This document shows, piece by piece, positions 35,481-47,830 of a DNA stretch of 64,000 nucleotides. The notes beneath the pieces are model-generated. The model saw only the letters and a list, made by a program, of their open reading frames with translations. It was not told the origin of the DNA and searched no databases. The DNA comes from Mustelus asterias. Taxonomy: Eukaryota. Within the stretch, counting starts at the first letter, position 1. The number at the start of each line of letters is the position of its first letter. The DNA lies in contig NC_135808.1 in the NCBI RefSeq assembly GCF_964213995.1, forward strand, positions 34,286,001 to 34,350,000. The letters are read 5' to 3'. The translations under genes were made by a program, and so were the position numbers.

Positions 35481-37701
35481 AACTTGTTATTTTTTATAGC
35501 TGTACTTTCGGTTAGGTTAGGTGCATTGGCCATGTTAAATTCTCCCTCAGTGTACCCAAACAGGTGTCGGAGTGTAGCAACTAGGGGATTTTCACAGTAA
35601 CTTCATTGCAGTGTTAATGTAAGCCTACTTGTGATCCTAAAAAATAAACTTTCAACTTTCATAATCAATAATCTGTCCATTGAATGTTCTGTACAATTCT
35701 GTTTCATGGGCTCAGCAGGATAGCAAAACGCTGATAGATAATAATGGGCCCCAGGTTGTTGTGTTAACCCAGAGTGGGAATCTAGCTGGTGGGGAATGAG
35801 GTAAGCACCAAATCCTCTACTCCAGCTCCTGTCGACTAACCTCAGCACCAAGAGATTTTAACTCTCCGGTCTCGTTTGCATGTCCCCCAAAATCAGAGGG
35901 AAATGGAACGACAGCCATCCCAAGGTCTTCAGGTTCACACAAGTCACAGGAAAGGGGTTTTTGGAGGGACCTGTAGTCTGTGCTGTCATCGCTTCATGTG
36001 AAGCTGTGGGAAACAAATTATGGAGTTCATGGAGTATTGATTTATTCTGGATATAATTATGTCTTAAAATTCATGATCATTTTTCAAATCATTTATTAAG
36101 ACTAATTTGTTAGCAATATAACATCTGTTGTTTTCCAAATGAACAATATTCGTACATTAAAATGTTTCATTCAAGATTTCATTAAAACTTGCACAATGTT
36201 GTAAAAAACAGATCAGTCATAACCTTATCAAATGGTGCAGCAGGCTTGAGGGGCCGAATGGCTTCTGCCCCTATTTTGTATGTTCATATGTACTGATTGA
36301 TTGTGCAAGTAACGAGATTTTTAAAAATCAAGGTGCCTAGTTTTCCATGGGTGTATAAGAATCTGGTATAAGGGGTTAATATGGGACTGATTACAGTACC
36401 ACCCACAGAGTGATGTAAGAGAACACAGGACCCACACATTGGGGTCATAAATAATCGATCCGGGGAATCGGGTATTTGTCCAGCTGTGAATAACAGTTTG
36501 TTTGTTTAAAGACCCTGCAAAGGCAAACTGAACTATCTGGCTTCAAAATAGGTACCACCAGTGTAGCTCATTCCACAAACTGGACAGCTTTTATGATACC
36601 TTCTTGTTCCAGTCTTCAAATTTCTGTTTCCACTTTTTCCTTTAAAGCAAACGCTACCGGGTGGACTTGCTTCCTGGTCTACACACAAGGTCATCGTGGC
36701 TCCTTTTATGGTTCTAAGCCCTTTTCAAAAAAACCTGGATATTTGAGCAGGACTTCACTCAAGTGACCATTTCCTAACTGAAAGATGTTTACCCAATCCA
36801 GGTGGATTTCTCTCAACCAGTTTCATCCCATTAGGCTTGGGCCTGAGCCCTCCACTACTCTTAATAGTAACCTAACCAGTTGCTTTTCATAAGAAACAGG
36901 AACAAAGGTTGTGCCCACAACTCAGATTCCCCTCTTTGAGTCCTCAATCTCGCCAAAGTCTTGATTAAAGTTAAGAGTTGGAGTCCACTGCGAACATTGA
37001 TTCTCTGATCACTGATACAACCGTGCCTGTATCAACCTCCATTAATAGTAAATGTCCAGTTAAACTTGCAGTTATCTTAATTAGGTCCAGTTTGGACATT
37101 GGTAGACCTTTCAGGGTATGCACTCTCCTGGACACTGGCCTGCATGTTTTCCTAAATCTAGGTCCTGAAATCTTGCTTTATTGTTCCAACTCCACATACC
37201 AGGAACAGTTACAATGCCTTGCTGGGTGGGATTCTTGACTGTCTGGTCAAAGCTTGGCTTTGTTTTATGGCTGTCCTGCAGGTACACCTGGATTTACTCG
37301 TATCCTGATACTCTGTAATCAGTCAAACTGGCGTGGGTGTCCACTTCCATCTGGATACCATGCAACTCAATTGCCACATTTTCAAACAATAAGGCCAGCT
37401 GTAATGCCTGTTTGCAATCCAGTTGAGCTTCTGCCAACAGCCATTTCTGGATATTTATATTATTTGTCCCACGTACTAAACAGTCTCTGAGTATCTCATT
37501 AAGCATCAACGTGAATTAACATGTCAGCCATCTCAACCTTGTTAGGAAATCCATAGCAGACTCCTGGGGTGCTGAGTGAAACTGGTACCTTCACAGGATC
37601 AGTGGTGGCTTAGGGTCATGATATTCCCTCACTAGTCCGCCAATTCTTGGCATGTTTTGGTATCTGGTGCTTTCAGGAAAGTTAATCTCTGAATGCTGAA
37701 G

Positions 37702-38079
37702 GGATCATCGACACGGATGCCATCATCTCACATGAGAACACCATCTACCTACTCTTGCAACTCGGACAACGTTGTCTACCTGATACGCTGCAGGAAAGGA
37801 TGTCCCGAGGCATGGTACATTGGGGAAACCATGCAGACGCTGCGACAACGGATGAATGAACACCGCTCGACAATCACCAGGCAAGACTCTTCTCTTCCTG
37901 TGGGGGAGCACTTCAGCAGTCAAGGGCATTCAGCCTCTGATCTTCAGGTAAGCGTTCTCCAAGGTGGCCTTCACGACACACGACAGCGCAGAGTCGCTGA
38001 GCAGAAACTGATAGCCAAGTTCCGCACACATGAGGACGGCCTAAACCGGGATGTTGGATTTATGTCACACTATCAGTAA
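37702..38079 (+). pseudogene. Penelope GIY-YIG endonuclease domain (5'-truncated ORF)
   Basis: NVVYLIRC.KGC....YIGET...LRQRMNEH ... EHF ... E..LI..F.T...GLN: VVY/YIG with the Cys/His residues typical of Penelope endonucleases. Confidence 0.9.
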
Positions 38080-38276
38080 CCCCCACAGCTTGCCTCCTGG
38101 ACTTGCGGGCTATCCTGTCTGGAGACGATACACATCTCTTTAACCTGTGCTTAATGCACCCTCCACCCACATTGTCTGTATCTTTAAGACCTGGCTGGCT
38201 GTAGGCATTCGCATTCTAATCAGTATTCTGTAACTTGATTTTGTCTCTGTGCCCCGTTTGAGAGCAGATTTCCACT

Positions 38277-38313
38277 CCATCTGATGAAGGAGCAGCGCTC
38301 CGAAAGCTAATGG
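38277..38313 (+). ncRNA. Minimal type I hammerhead ribozyme (intact core)
   Basis: CCAU-CUGAUGA-A-GGAGC(agc)GCUCC-GAAA-GC-UA/AUGG. Stem I CCAU:AUGG, palindromic AGCU in place of stem III. Confidence 0.85.
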
Positions 38314-38590
38314 TGTTTGCTACCAAATAAACCTGTTGGACTTTAACCTGTTGTTGTTAAAACCCTTACTGTATCCACAAATGGTCAGAAGAATGACCTG
38401 TTGCTTTTCATCTGCCACAATGTCATTAACACTAAAAAAGTAACACATGCGTTCCACATGTTGGCCCAGTCCTCCACAGCCGGATCAAAAGAATCCAGTT
38501 TCTCAAACAGAGGCATGATGCCTGAAAATGGCTTACCCCCAGCAAAGCCGGCTGTTAGTGAGCAAGTTCCTTAGGGTCATTATTTTTCCT

Positions 38591-38913
38591 CACGGTAGCA
38601 CAGTGGTTAGCACTGCTGCTTCACAGCTCCAGGGTCCCGGGTTCGATTCCCGGCTTGGGTCACTGTGTGGAGTTTGCACATTCTCCTCGTGTCTGCGTGG
38701 GTTTCCTCCGGGTGCTCTGGTTTCCTCCCATAGTCCAAAGATGTGCAGGTTAGGTTGATTGGCCAGGTTAAAAATTGCCCCTTAGTGTCCTGAGATGTGT
38801 AGGTTAGCGGGATTAGCGGGTAAATATATGGGGGTGGGGCCTGGGTGGGATTGTGGTCGGTGCAGACTCGATGGGCCGAATGGCCTCCTTCTGCACCGTA
38901 GGGTTTCTATGAT
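38591..38913 (+). mobile_element. HE1-type SINE inserted in the PBS of the Mag-like element
   Basis: Complete SINE flanked by 'tca'. Confidence 0.88.
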
Positions 38914-40987
38914 TCATTGCCACTGATATAACTACTCAGAGGCCAGTGTCCCTTCACCAGATTCTTTTTACTTACAAATGTATCTCCACTCCAAAGAGTA
39001 CTTCAGGTACAAAGTCAAAATCCAGAGCCTCAGTAGGTCTGATACTCTTCAATATATATACAAGTGAGACTCCTTGATTGGGTAGATAATCCTTACCTCA
39101 ATCAGGGAGCTCATACTCCAAGAGGTCAATCTCATGGGCCTCATTGAGGTCATTAGACCCTCCCTCCTGCACAATCTCTTCAGTCACACATTCATCTAAT
39201 CTATCTTCCTCTTCCTGTTGCTAAGGCCCAGGCCCGAATCTCCCAGGTGATTTGTGAAGTTAGCTTAGACACTAAATTTTACATTTGATTTTGGCAATGG
39301 TGAGCATAAGGTTTCACTCCAGATATGATTCAAGTGACCTACTGGGAAACTTTTATCAAACAAAGTTTATTTAACAACACAGTTAGAATATAACAAATAG
39401 AATGACCATAACCTTTACCAATTACTAGACTTAAACAGGACATGGTATATTTCTTATCAGTTAGCTATCTCTGTGTTCCAATTTAAAGCAATACCCCATA
39501 GACATACACCCTTCTTCAGAATTACCACAACAAGTATAGAACATAGAACAGTACAGCACAGAACAGGCCCTTTGGCCCACGATGTTGTGCCGAGCCTTAT
39601 CTGAAACCAAGATCAAGCTATCCCACTCCCTATCATCCTGGTGTGCTCCATGTGCCTATCCAATAACCGCTTAAATGTTCCTAAAGTGTCTGACTCCACT
39701 ATCACTGCAGGCAGTCCATTCCACACCCCAACCACTCTCTGCGTAAAGAACCTACCTCTGATATCCTTCCTATCTCCCACCACGAACCCTATAGTTATGC
39801 CCCCTTGTAATAGCTCCATCCACCCGAGGAAATAGTCTTTGAATGTTCACTCTATCTATCCCCTTCATCATTTTATAAACCTCTATTAAGTCTCCCCTCA
39901 GCCTCCTCCGCTCCAGAGAGAACAGCCCTAGCTCCCTCAACCTTTGCTCATAAGACCTACCCTCCAAACCAGGCAGCATCCTGGTAAATCTCCTCTGCAC
40001 TCTTTCCAGCACTTCCACATCCTTCTTATAGTGAGGTGACCAGAACTGCACACAATATTCCAAATGTGGTCTCACCAAGGTCCTGTACAGTTGCAGCATA
40101 ACCCCACGGCTCTTAAACTCCAACCCCCTGTTAATAAAAGCTAACACATTATAGGCCTTCTTCACAGCTCTATCCACTTGAGTGCCAAACTTTAGAGATC
40201 TGTGGATATGGACCCCAAGATCTCTCTGTTCCTCCACAGTCTTCAGAACCCTACCTTTGACCCTGTAATCCACATTTAAATTAGTCCTACCAAAATGAAT
40301 CACCTCACATTTATCAGGGTTAAACTCCATTTGCCATTTTTCAGCCCAGCTTTGCATCCTATCTATGTCTCTTTGCAGCGTACAACAGCCCTCCACCTCA
40401 TCCACTACTCTACCAATCTTGGTGTCATCAGCAAATTTACTGATCCACCCTTCAGCCCCCTCCTCTAAGTCATTAATAAAAATCACAAAGAGCAGAGGAC
40501 CAAGCACTGATCCCTGTGGCACTCCGCTAGCAACCTGCCTCCAGTCCGAAAATTTTCCATCCACCACCACCCTCTGTCTTCGATCAGATAGCCAGTTACC
40601 TATCCAATCGGCCAACTTTCCCTCTATCCCACACCTCCTTACTTTCATCATAAGCCGACCATGGGGGACCTTATCAAACACCTTACTAAAATCCATGCAT
40701 ATGACATCACTGCCCTACCTTCATCAACACACTTAGTTACCTCCTCAAAAAATTCTATCAAATTTGTGAGGCACGACTTGCCCTTCACGAATCCGTGCTG
40801 ACTATCCCGGATTAATCCGCATCTTTCTAAATGGTCGTAAATCCCATCCCTCAGGACCTTTTCCATCAATTTACCAACCACCGAAGTGAGACTAACCGGT
40901 CTATAATTACCAGGCTCATTTCTATTCCCTTTCTTAAACAGAGGAAAAACATTCGCCACTCTCCAGTTCTCTGGCGCCATCCCCGTG

Positions 40988-41389
40988 TAAGAAGTCTCAC
41001 AACACCAGGTTAATGTCCAACAGGTTTATTTGGTAGCAAATACCATAAGCTTTCGGAGCCTGGTCTTGCATAATCTCACCAGCTGTTCTGTCTGGAGACA
41101 ATACACATCTCTTTAACCCGTGTTTAATGTTCCCTCCAACCATATTATCTGTACCTTTTAAGACCTGGCTGGCTGTAGAGATTTGCATTCTAATTAGTAT
41201 TCTGTAACTTGATTTCTGTGTCTGTGCACTGTTGGAGAACAGAGACCACTCCATCTGACGAAGGAGCAGCAAGCTCCGAAAGCTTATGGTATTTGCTACC
41301 AAATAAACCTGTTGGACTTTAACCTGGTGTTGTGAGACTTCTTACTGTGCTTACCCCAGTCCAACGCCGGCATCTCCACATCATGACTA
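40988..41389 (+). mobile_element. Penelope pLTR with an inverted partial copy at its 5' side (40988-41060)
   Basis: TSD CCATCCCCGTG at 40977-87 and 41390-41400; 40988-41060 is the reverse complement of ~41273-41345. Confidence 0.88.
41251..41289 (+). ncRNA. Minimal type I hammerhead ribozyme (intact core)
   Basis: CCAU-CUGACGA-A-GGAGC(agcaa)GCUCC-GAAA-GC-UU/AUGG. Confidence 0.85.
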
Positions 41390-42905
41390 CCATCCCCGTG
41401 GACAGTGAGGACCCAAAGATCAAAGCCAAAGGCTCTGCAATCTCATCCCTTGCCTCCCAAAGAATCCTAGGATATATTTCATCAGGCCCAGGGGACTTAT
41501 CGACCTTCAGTTTATTGAAAACTGCCAGTACATCCTCCCTCTGAACATCTATTTCCTCCAGCCTATTAGCCTGTAACACCTTCTCTTCCTCAAAAATATG
41601 GCCCCTCTCCTTGGTGAACACTGAAGAAAAGTATTCATTCATCACCTCGCCTATCTCTACTGACTCCATACACAAGTTCCCACTACTGTCCTTGACCGGC
41701 CTTAACCTCATCCTGGTCATTCTTTTATTCCTCACATAAGAGTAAAAAGCCTTGGGGTTTTCCTTGATCCGTCCCGCCAAGGACTTCTCATGTCCCCTCC
41801 TAGCTCTCCTGAGCCCCTTTTTCAGCTCATTCCTTGCTAACTTGTAACCCTCAATCGAGCCATCTGAACCTTGTTTCCTCATCCCTACATCAGCTTCCCT
41901 CTTCCTTTTCACAAGACATTCCACCTCTTTCATGAACCATGGTTCCCTCACTCGGCCATTTCCTCCCCGCCTGACAGGGACATACCTATCAAGGACACCC
42001 AGTATTTGTTCCTTGAAAAAGTTCCACTTTTCATTAGTGCCTTTCCCTGACAGTTTCTGTTCCCATCTTATGCCCCCTAATTCTTGCCTAATCGCATCAT
42101 AATTACCTCTCCCCCAATTGTAAACCTTGCCCTGCCGTACGGCCCTATCCCTCTCCATTGCAATAACAAAAGACACCGAGTTGTTGTCACTATCTCCAAA
42201 GTGCTCTCCCACAACCAAATCTAACACTTGGCCCGGTTCATTTCCCAGTACCAAATCCAATGTGGCCTCACCTCTTGTCGGCCTATCCACATATTGTGTC
42301 AGGAAACCCTCCTGCACACACTGCACATAAACTGCCCCATCCGAACTATTCGACCTACAAAGGTTCCAATCAATATTTGGAAAGTTAAAGTCCCCCATGA
42401 CAACTACCCTGTGACCCCCACACCTATCCATAATCTGCTTAGCAATTTCTTCCTCCACATCTCTATTACTATTTGGGGGCCTATAGTAAACTCCTAACAA
42501 CGTGACTGCTCCTTTCCTATTTCTAACTTCAGCCCATATTACCTCAGTGTGCAGATCCCCCTCGAAGTGCCTTTCCGCAGCCGTTAGACTATCCTTGATT
42601 AACACCTCTTTTACCAGCTTCCCTATACTTACTGAAACATCTATACCCTGGAACGTCCAACAACCATTCCTGTCCTTGTTCTACCCACATCTCCGTAATG
42701 GCCACAACATCGTAGTCCCAAGTACCAATCCATGCCCCAGGTTCATCTACCTTGTTCCGGATGCTCTTTGCATTGAAGCAGACACACTTCAACCCACCTT
42801 CCTGTCTACCGGTGCCCACCCTTGACCCTGATACCTTTCCCAGTACCTCACCACCCTCAACACTGACTTCTGGACTACAACTCCTTTTCCCACTCCCCTG
42901 ACAAA

Positions 42906-43832
42906 TTAGTTTAAACCCCCCTGAAGAGCCGTAGCAAATTTCCCTCCCAGGATATTGGTGCCCCTCTGGTTCAGGTGCACCCCGTCCTGTTTGTACAGGT
43001 CCCACCTTCCCCAGAATGTGTTCCAATTATCCACGTATCTGAAACCCTCCCTTCTACACCATCCCTGCAACCACATGTTTAACTGCACTCTCTCCCTGTT
43101 CCTCAACTCGCTATCACGTGGCACCGGCAATGTACCAGAGATGACCACATGTTTTGTCTTGGCTCTCAGCTTCCAGCCCAGCTCCCGAAATTCCTGTTTT
43201 AAATCCCTGTCCCTTCTCTTACCTATGTCGTTGGCACCAATGTGTACCACGACTTGTGACTGTTTCCCCTCCCCCTTAAGAATCCGGAAAACACGGTCCG
43301 AGACGTCACGGACCCTGGCATCCGGTAGGCAACATACCATCCTCGAGTCTCTTTTGCTGCCACAGAACCTCCTATCTATCCCTCTAACTAACGAGTCCCC
43401 AATAACTATTGCCCTCCCGCTCTGCCCCTTACCCTCCCGAGCCACAGAGACGGACACAGTGCTGGAGATCCTCTCACTGCGGCTCACCACTGGTATGTCG
43501 TCCCCCTCAACCGTATCCAAAGCGGAATACTTGTTGCTCAGGGGAATGACCACCGGGGATCCCTGCACGGACTGCTTCCTCCCAGCCCCTCTCACCGTCA
43601 CCCATCTATTTTCATTCCTCGGAGTAACTGTATCCCTAAAGCTTCTGTCTATGGCCACCTCTGCGTCCCTAATGATCCTAAGTTCATCCAACTCCAGCTC
43701 CAGTTCCCTAACACGGTTTTGGAGGAGCTGCAGATGGGTGCACTTCCCACAGGTGTAATCAGCAGGGACACTGACGTCGTCCCTCACCTCAAACATAGTG
43801 CAAGAGGAACATAGCACTGCCTGCACACCCAT
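42906..43832 (-). CDS. CR1 ORF1p (zinc finger/leucine zipper plus SGNH esterase), open
   Basis: MGVQAVLCSSC...CGKC, RVRELELELDEL, IGDS, HIGAND, DGVHLN. Confidence 0.88.
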   Translation of the reverse strand: MGVQAVLCSSCTMFEVRDDVSVPADYTCGKCTHLQLLQNRVRELELELDELRIIRDAEVAIDRSFRDTVTPRNENRWVTVRGAGRKQSVQGSPVVIPLSNKYSALDTVEGDDIPVVSRSERISSTVSVSVAREGKGQSGRAIVIGDSLVRGIDRRFCGSKRDSRMVCCLPDARVRDVSDRVFRILKGEGKQSQVVVHIGANDIGKRRDRDLKQEFRELGWKLRAKTKHVVISGTLPVPRDSELRNRERVQLNMWLQGWCRREGFRYVDNWNTFWGRWDLYKQDGVHLNQRGTNILGGKFATALQGGLN

Positions 43833-43967
43833 CCCCTCCAGATACCTTGCCAGTACCAGGTAGAAACAGCAAAAATGAATTAAACTCACCCCTGCTCGCC
43901 CTTTCTGCCTAAGCCCTGTGAGCCAAAGCCCATGCAGCTTTCACTCAGCTTCCCACTCACTCCACAC

Positions 43968-44313
43968 GGGGCGGTATGGTAGCACAGTGGTTAGCACTAC
44001 TGCTTCACAGCTCCAGGGACCTGGGTTCGATTCCGGGCTTGGGTCACTGTCTGTGTGGAGGTTGCACATTCTCCTCGTGTCTGCGTGGGTTTCCTCCAGG
44101 TGCTCCGGTTTCCTCCCACAGTCCAAAGATGTGTGGGTTAGGTTGATTGGCCGTGCTAAAAAAAAAAATTGCCCCTTAGTGTCCTGAAATGCGTAGGTTT
44201 GAGAGATTAGTGGGTAAATATGTAGGGATATGGGGATAGGGCCTGGGTGGGATTGTGGTCGGTGCAGACTCGATGGGCCGAATGGCCTCTTTCTGTACTG
44301 TAGGGTTTCTATG
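43968..44313 (+). mobile_element. HE1-type SINE in the CR1 5'UTR
   Basis: Complete head, core and tail. Confidence 0.9.
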
Positions 44314-44592
44314 TTTCACAGCCCACTCCCGACGCTGCCCGCTGTATAGAATGACTTTTATACTAAAAAACGCAATCTCCCAGAATCCCCTGCAGCCTAC
44401 TCCCACTTCCTCAGAGTTTAAACCCTTGAAAAAAAGTATGCTCGTGTGATGCTGGATTTTCAGCTTTTTAACACTTTTGGACAGAATTCCATCCAGCAGT
44501 TTTCAGAGAAGTATGTTTATCCTCAAAACAGCAAAACCTCGGAGAAGCAAACCCAGCCTCTGGCAGCTCCCAGTCTCCAGACCCCAGAGACA

Positions 44593-44850
44593 AAGAACAA
44601 AGAACAAATAACAGTACAGCACAGGAAACAGGCCCTTCGGCCCTCCAAGCCTGTGCCGCTCCTTGGTCCAACTAGACCAATCGTTTGTATCCCTCCATTC
44701 CCAGGCTGCTCATGTGACTATCCAGGTAAGTCTTAAACGATGTCAGCGTGCCTGCCTCCACCACCCTACTTGGCAGCGCATTCCAGGCCCCCACCACCCT
44801 CTGTGTAAAAAACGTCCCTCTGATGTCTGAGTTATACTTCGCCCCTCTCA
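44593..44850 (-). mobile_element. Short CR1 3'-end fragment
   Basis: FFTQRVVGAWNALP...FK.YLD and a (TTCTTTG)n tail; 'agaca' on both flanks. Confidence 0.8.
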
Positions 44851-46759
44851 GACAGCAAAGGATACCTCTTTCTGAAATTTCCAATGCAGCAACTCTCAAA
44901 GATCCACTCTCATACAGCACAACACAGTCCAATTCTTAACAGCTAGCTATCTCTGTTGTTCCAATTTTAAAGCAATACCCCTTAGACATAAACGCTTCTT
45001 CCGAATTGGCACAAAAACAAGTATGCTCACGTGATGCTAGATTTCCAGCTTTAACACCTATGGACAGAGATCCAAGCAGCAGTTTTCAGAAAAGGATATA
45101 TCCTCAAAACAGCAAAACAGATAAGTGCATCCAGCAGCTTCCAGTCTTCAGAGACAGGAAATAATTTATCCTCTGCAGCTTCCAAAACAGCAACACTCAG
45201 ACAGCAGAAACTCCAACTCGAGAGAGGGGAAAATGCTGCTCTCTCTGTCAGCTCCAAGCAGCATCTCAGCTTGAATATTCTGTATAAATCCAGCTCCCCC
45301 ATAATGTGACCATACCTGCCAATCATCTCAATCAAGCCCCACTCTGCAAAATCCCAGTGAAAAACAGCCGAACAGCATTAATTCAGATTAAAACCAACAT
45401 TCTGGCATTCGAAACAATGGGCCCGATTCTCCCATCACGACCCGCAACTTTCCTGGCAGGTTGGGCCGGGAGATGCGCGTGTCGGCCGTTTCACGGGTTC
45501 CCCGCGAGCCTTTAAGACCCACACGCATCTCCCGGAGAAAAATGGCACCGCCGGGAACCTACAGAAAATCAACAGGCCGCTGATTAGCATGAGTTTACAT
45601 ACTTTTACAAGCCATTATCGGAATCCACATGGCAATCTCCGCCCACGTCTGTGTCTCCCACCTCTTTAGTGTGAAGTACCTTTGGCGTGAATCAGAGTAG
45701 GTATTTAAAAATCTCAACCTAGCGTGGCAGTCTTGAACTGGTGTGAGGCGGTAAGTGCTGCTCTTGGAGCGCGGGGGATGTTGCAGGCAGGCCCTGGAGA
45801 TGTCTGATGGCCTTCCTCCTGCTGTCTTCAGGTGTTGGCCCATGGACCAGTGATACCTGGGATGGGGGGGGTGGGGGGCTTCTATTTCCGCACAGCTCTC
45901 TGGGTGAGGTTCCATCAGGGAGTCCCACTCACCCTCAATCCCACCACCCCCCCCCACCACCACCCCCCCCCCCCCCCCCCCCCCCCACCGGCAGCACTGT
46001 CGCGCAGTGTGGAAGGCAGCCTCGAGGGCTCCCGCTCCCGTTCCCCCTCCCCCTCCAGGGCACTTTGCAGTGGCATTGTCTTTCTGCGGGGTGTGGTCAG
46101 GGACTCTGGTGTTCCGGGGTAGGGGAGGGGTGGGGGAGGGGTGGGGGAGGGGTGGGGGAGGGGTAGGGGAGGGGTGGGGGAGGGGTGGACCATGTACTGA
46201 CTGAGGCCCAACCAGATGAAGCAGCTGCTGCTCCAGGCCGAGAATCTGCTGTCACTGGGCACACATCTGGTGCTGCTTTGCAGTCTGTCCCTGCCATGTG
46301 ACATGGACCAGCAACACATGCCTGTAACAGATGCTGCAGTTGCACACATTGCAATAGCTCAACGGTGCGCATTGCCCACATCTGCACACTGACCTGCATA
46401 ATCTGTGCCAGCATTTGTCATGATGGGAAGCTCACACAACTCGAATCGGGCCACGCATGGCACCATGGATTGTGTGGGGTTGCCAGCTCCCACAAGTGGG
46501 GATGCTGGCCCAAGTGGGGGATTGGGGTGCTGCTGAGTCTATGCAGCCAATGATAATAATCCATCTTTCTATGCTTTTTCCAAACCCCACTGTGCCGATG
46601 GATCTCGGTTTGCTCGATCTGGAGCTGGCCATGTTGGCGGCAGCAGGGGCGGAGGAGGAGGTGACTGAGGAGGTGGCCAGTGTGGAGTGACCACCACAAG
46701 AGGAGCTACCACCAGACCCTCAGGAAGGAGGGCAGGGGACTGCCACTGAGAACCAGGAG

Positions 46760-47830
46760 GTGGGTGAGCAGGCTCCCGAGAGGGTGCACAGAAGGCGGAG
46801 GGTGCTGAGGACAAGGAGGTACAGGCCCCCCAATTCCTTTGAGGCCCTCTCAGAGGAGATGTGCTGTCGCTGGCTGCGCTTGTCCAAGACCACGGTGCGT
46901 CACATTTGTGAGGTACTCTCACAGCTGGCACCTCGGGAGAGTGGCAGCCACCCTCTCCCTGTGGACATGAAGGTGACGGCAGCCCTCAATCTCTATGCCT
47001 CCGGGTCATTCCAGGCTCCCAGTGGTGGGATCTCCCAGCCTCCATGCACAGATATGTGCGGCAGGTCACAGATGCCCTGTATGCCCGGGCAGGGCAGTTC
47101 ATTCATTTCGATGTGGGCTGTGCACAGCAGGAGGCCCCGGGCTCTTGGCTTCACATCCACTGCCGGGATCCCGAATGTGCAGGGCGCAGTGGATGGCACA
47201 CACATCGCCTTGCGGGCCCCCCATGCAGGGCCGCAGCAATTTGTGAACCGGAAGGGGTCCCTGAACGTTCAAATCGTCTGCGACCCTCGGCTCAAGATCA
47301 TGCAGGTCGACGCACACCACCCAGGGAGTGTCCATGACAGTTTAGTGATCCAGCAGTCGGACATCCCTGGGCTCTTTGAAGACCAGCCCAGGCTCCCGGG
47401 CTGGCGACTGGGTGACAAGGGTTACCCGCTAAGGTCATGGCTGATGACGCCTGTGCGGAGGCCCCAGACCGAGGTCGAGACCCGCTACAACGAGGCCCAT
47501 GCAGCCACCCGGTCCGTTGTTGAGCGGTGCATCGGCCTGCTGGAGATGCGGTTCCACTGCTTGGAGCGCTCTGGGGGGCCCTCCAGTCTGACTCTGTGCG
47601 TGCTTCACGCATCGAGATTGTTTGCTGCGCTCTGCACGAGATCGCCCAGCAATGGGGAGACCAGCTGGAGCAAGAGGAGGAGGAGGAGGAGGAGGAGGAG
47701 CGAGGGGGCGAGGTGGGCGCCCCACCACATGAAGAGCCGGAGGAAAGACGGCGGGTGGCGATGGCAGGTGTCCGGCAAGGAAGGGCAGCGGGAGATGCCT
47801 TGATTGCAGCCTGCTTCACCCAGCTGGTGC
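46760..47830 (+). pseudogene. Harbinger DDE transposase (HARBI1-like), frameshifted
   Basis: GAVDGTHI, LNVQIVCD, PGSVHDS, LGDKGYP, YNEAHAATRSVVERCIGLL; frameshifts near 47025-47140 and 47575. Confidence 0.88.

Larger units (their letters stand above)
37700..38372 (+). mobile_element. Penelope-like element 3' part (GIY-YIG endonuclease plus pLTR) inserted in the Mag-like gag
   Basis: GIY-YIG ORF followed by a hammerhead and the conserved tail. Confidence 0.88.
36445..39157 (-). mobile_element. Decayed Mag-like Gypsy element: 5' LTR (~38924-39157), PBS, gag, protease, start of RT
   Basis: Minus strand: MPLFEKLDSFDPAVEDW, LNEILRDCLV.G.NN..IQ..LLAE, LLMEVDTGTVVSVI, DKYPIPRID. PBS reconstructs to TGGCAATGAGG after removing the SINE. 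Confidence 0.75.
39538..44433 (-). mobile_element. Full-length CR1 LINE, ORF2 disrupted
   Basis: TSD AAGTAT at 39532-37 and 44434-39. ORF2 is broken by frameshifts and a Penelope insertion; HE1 SINE in the 5'UTR. Confidence 0.92.
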
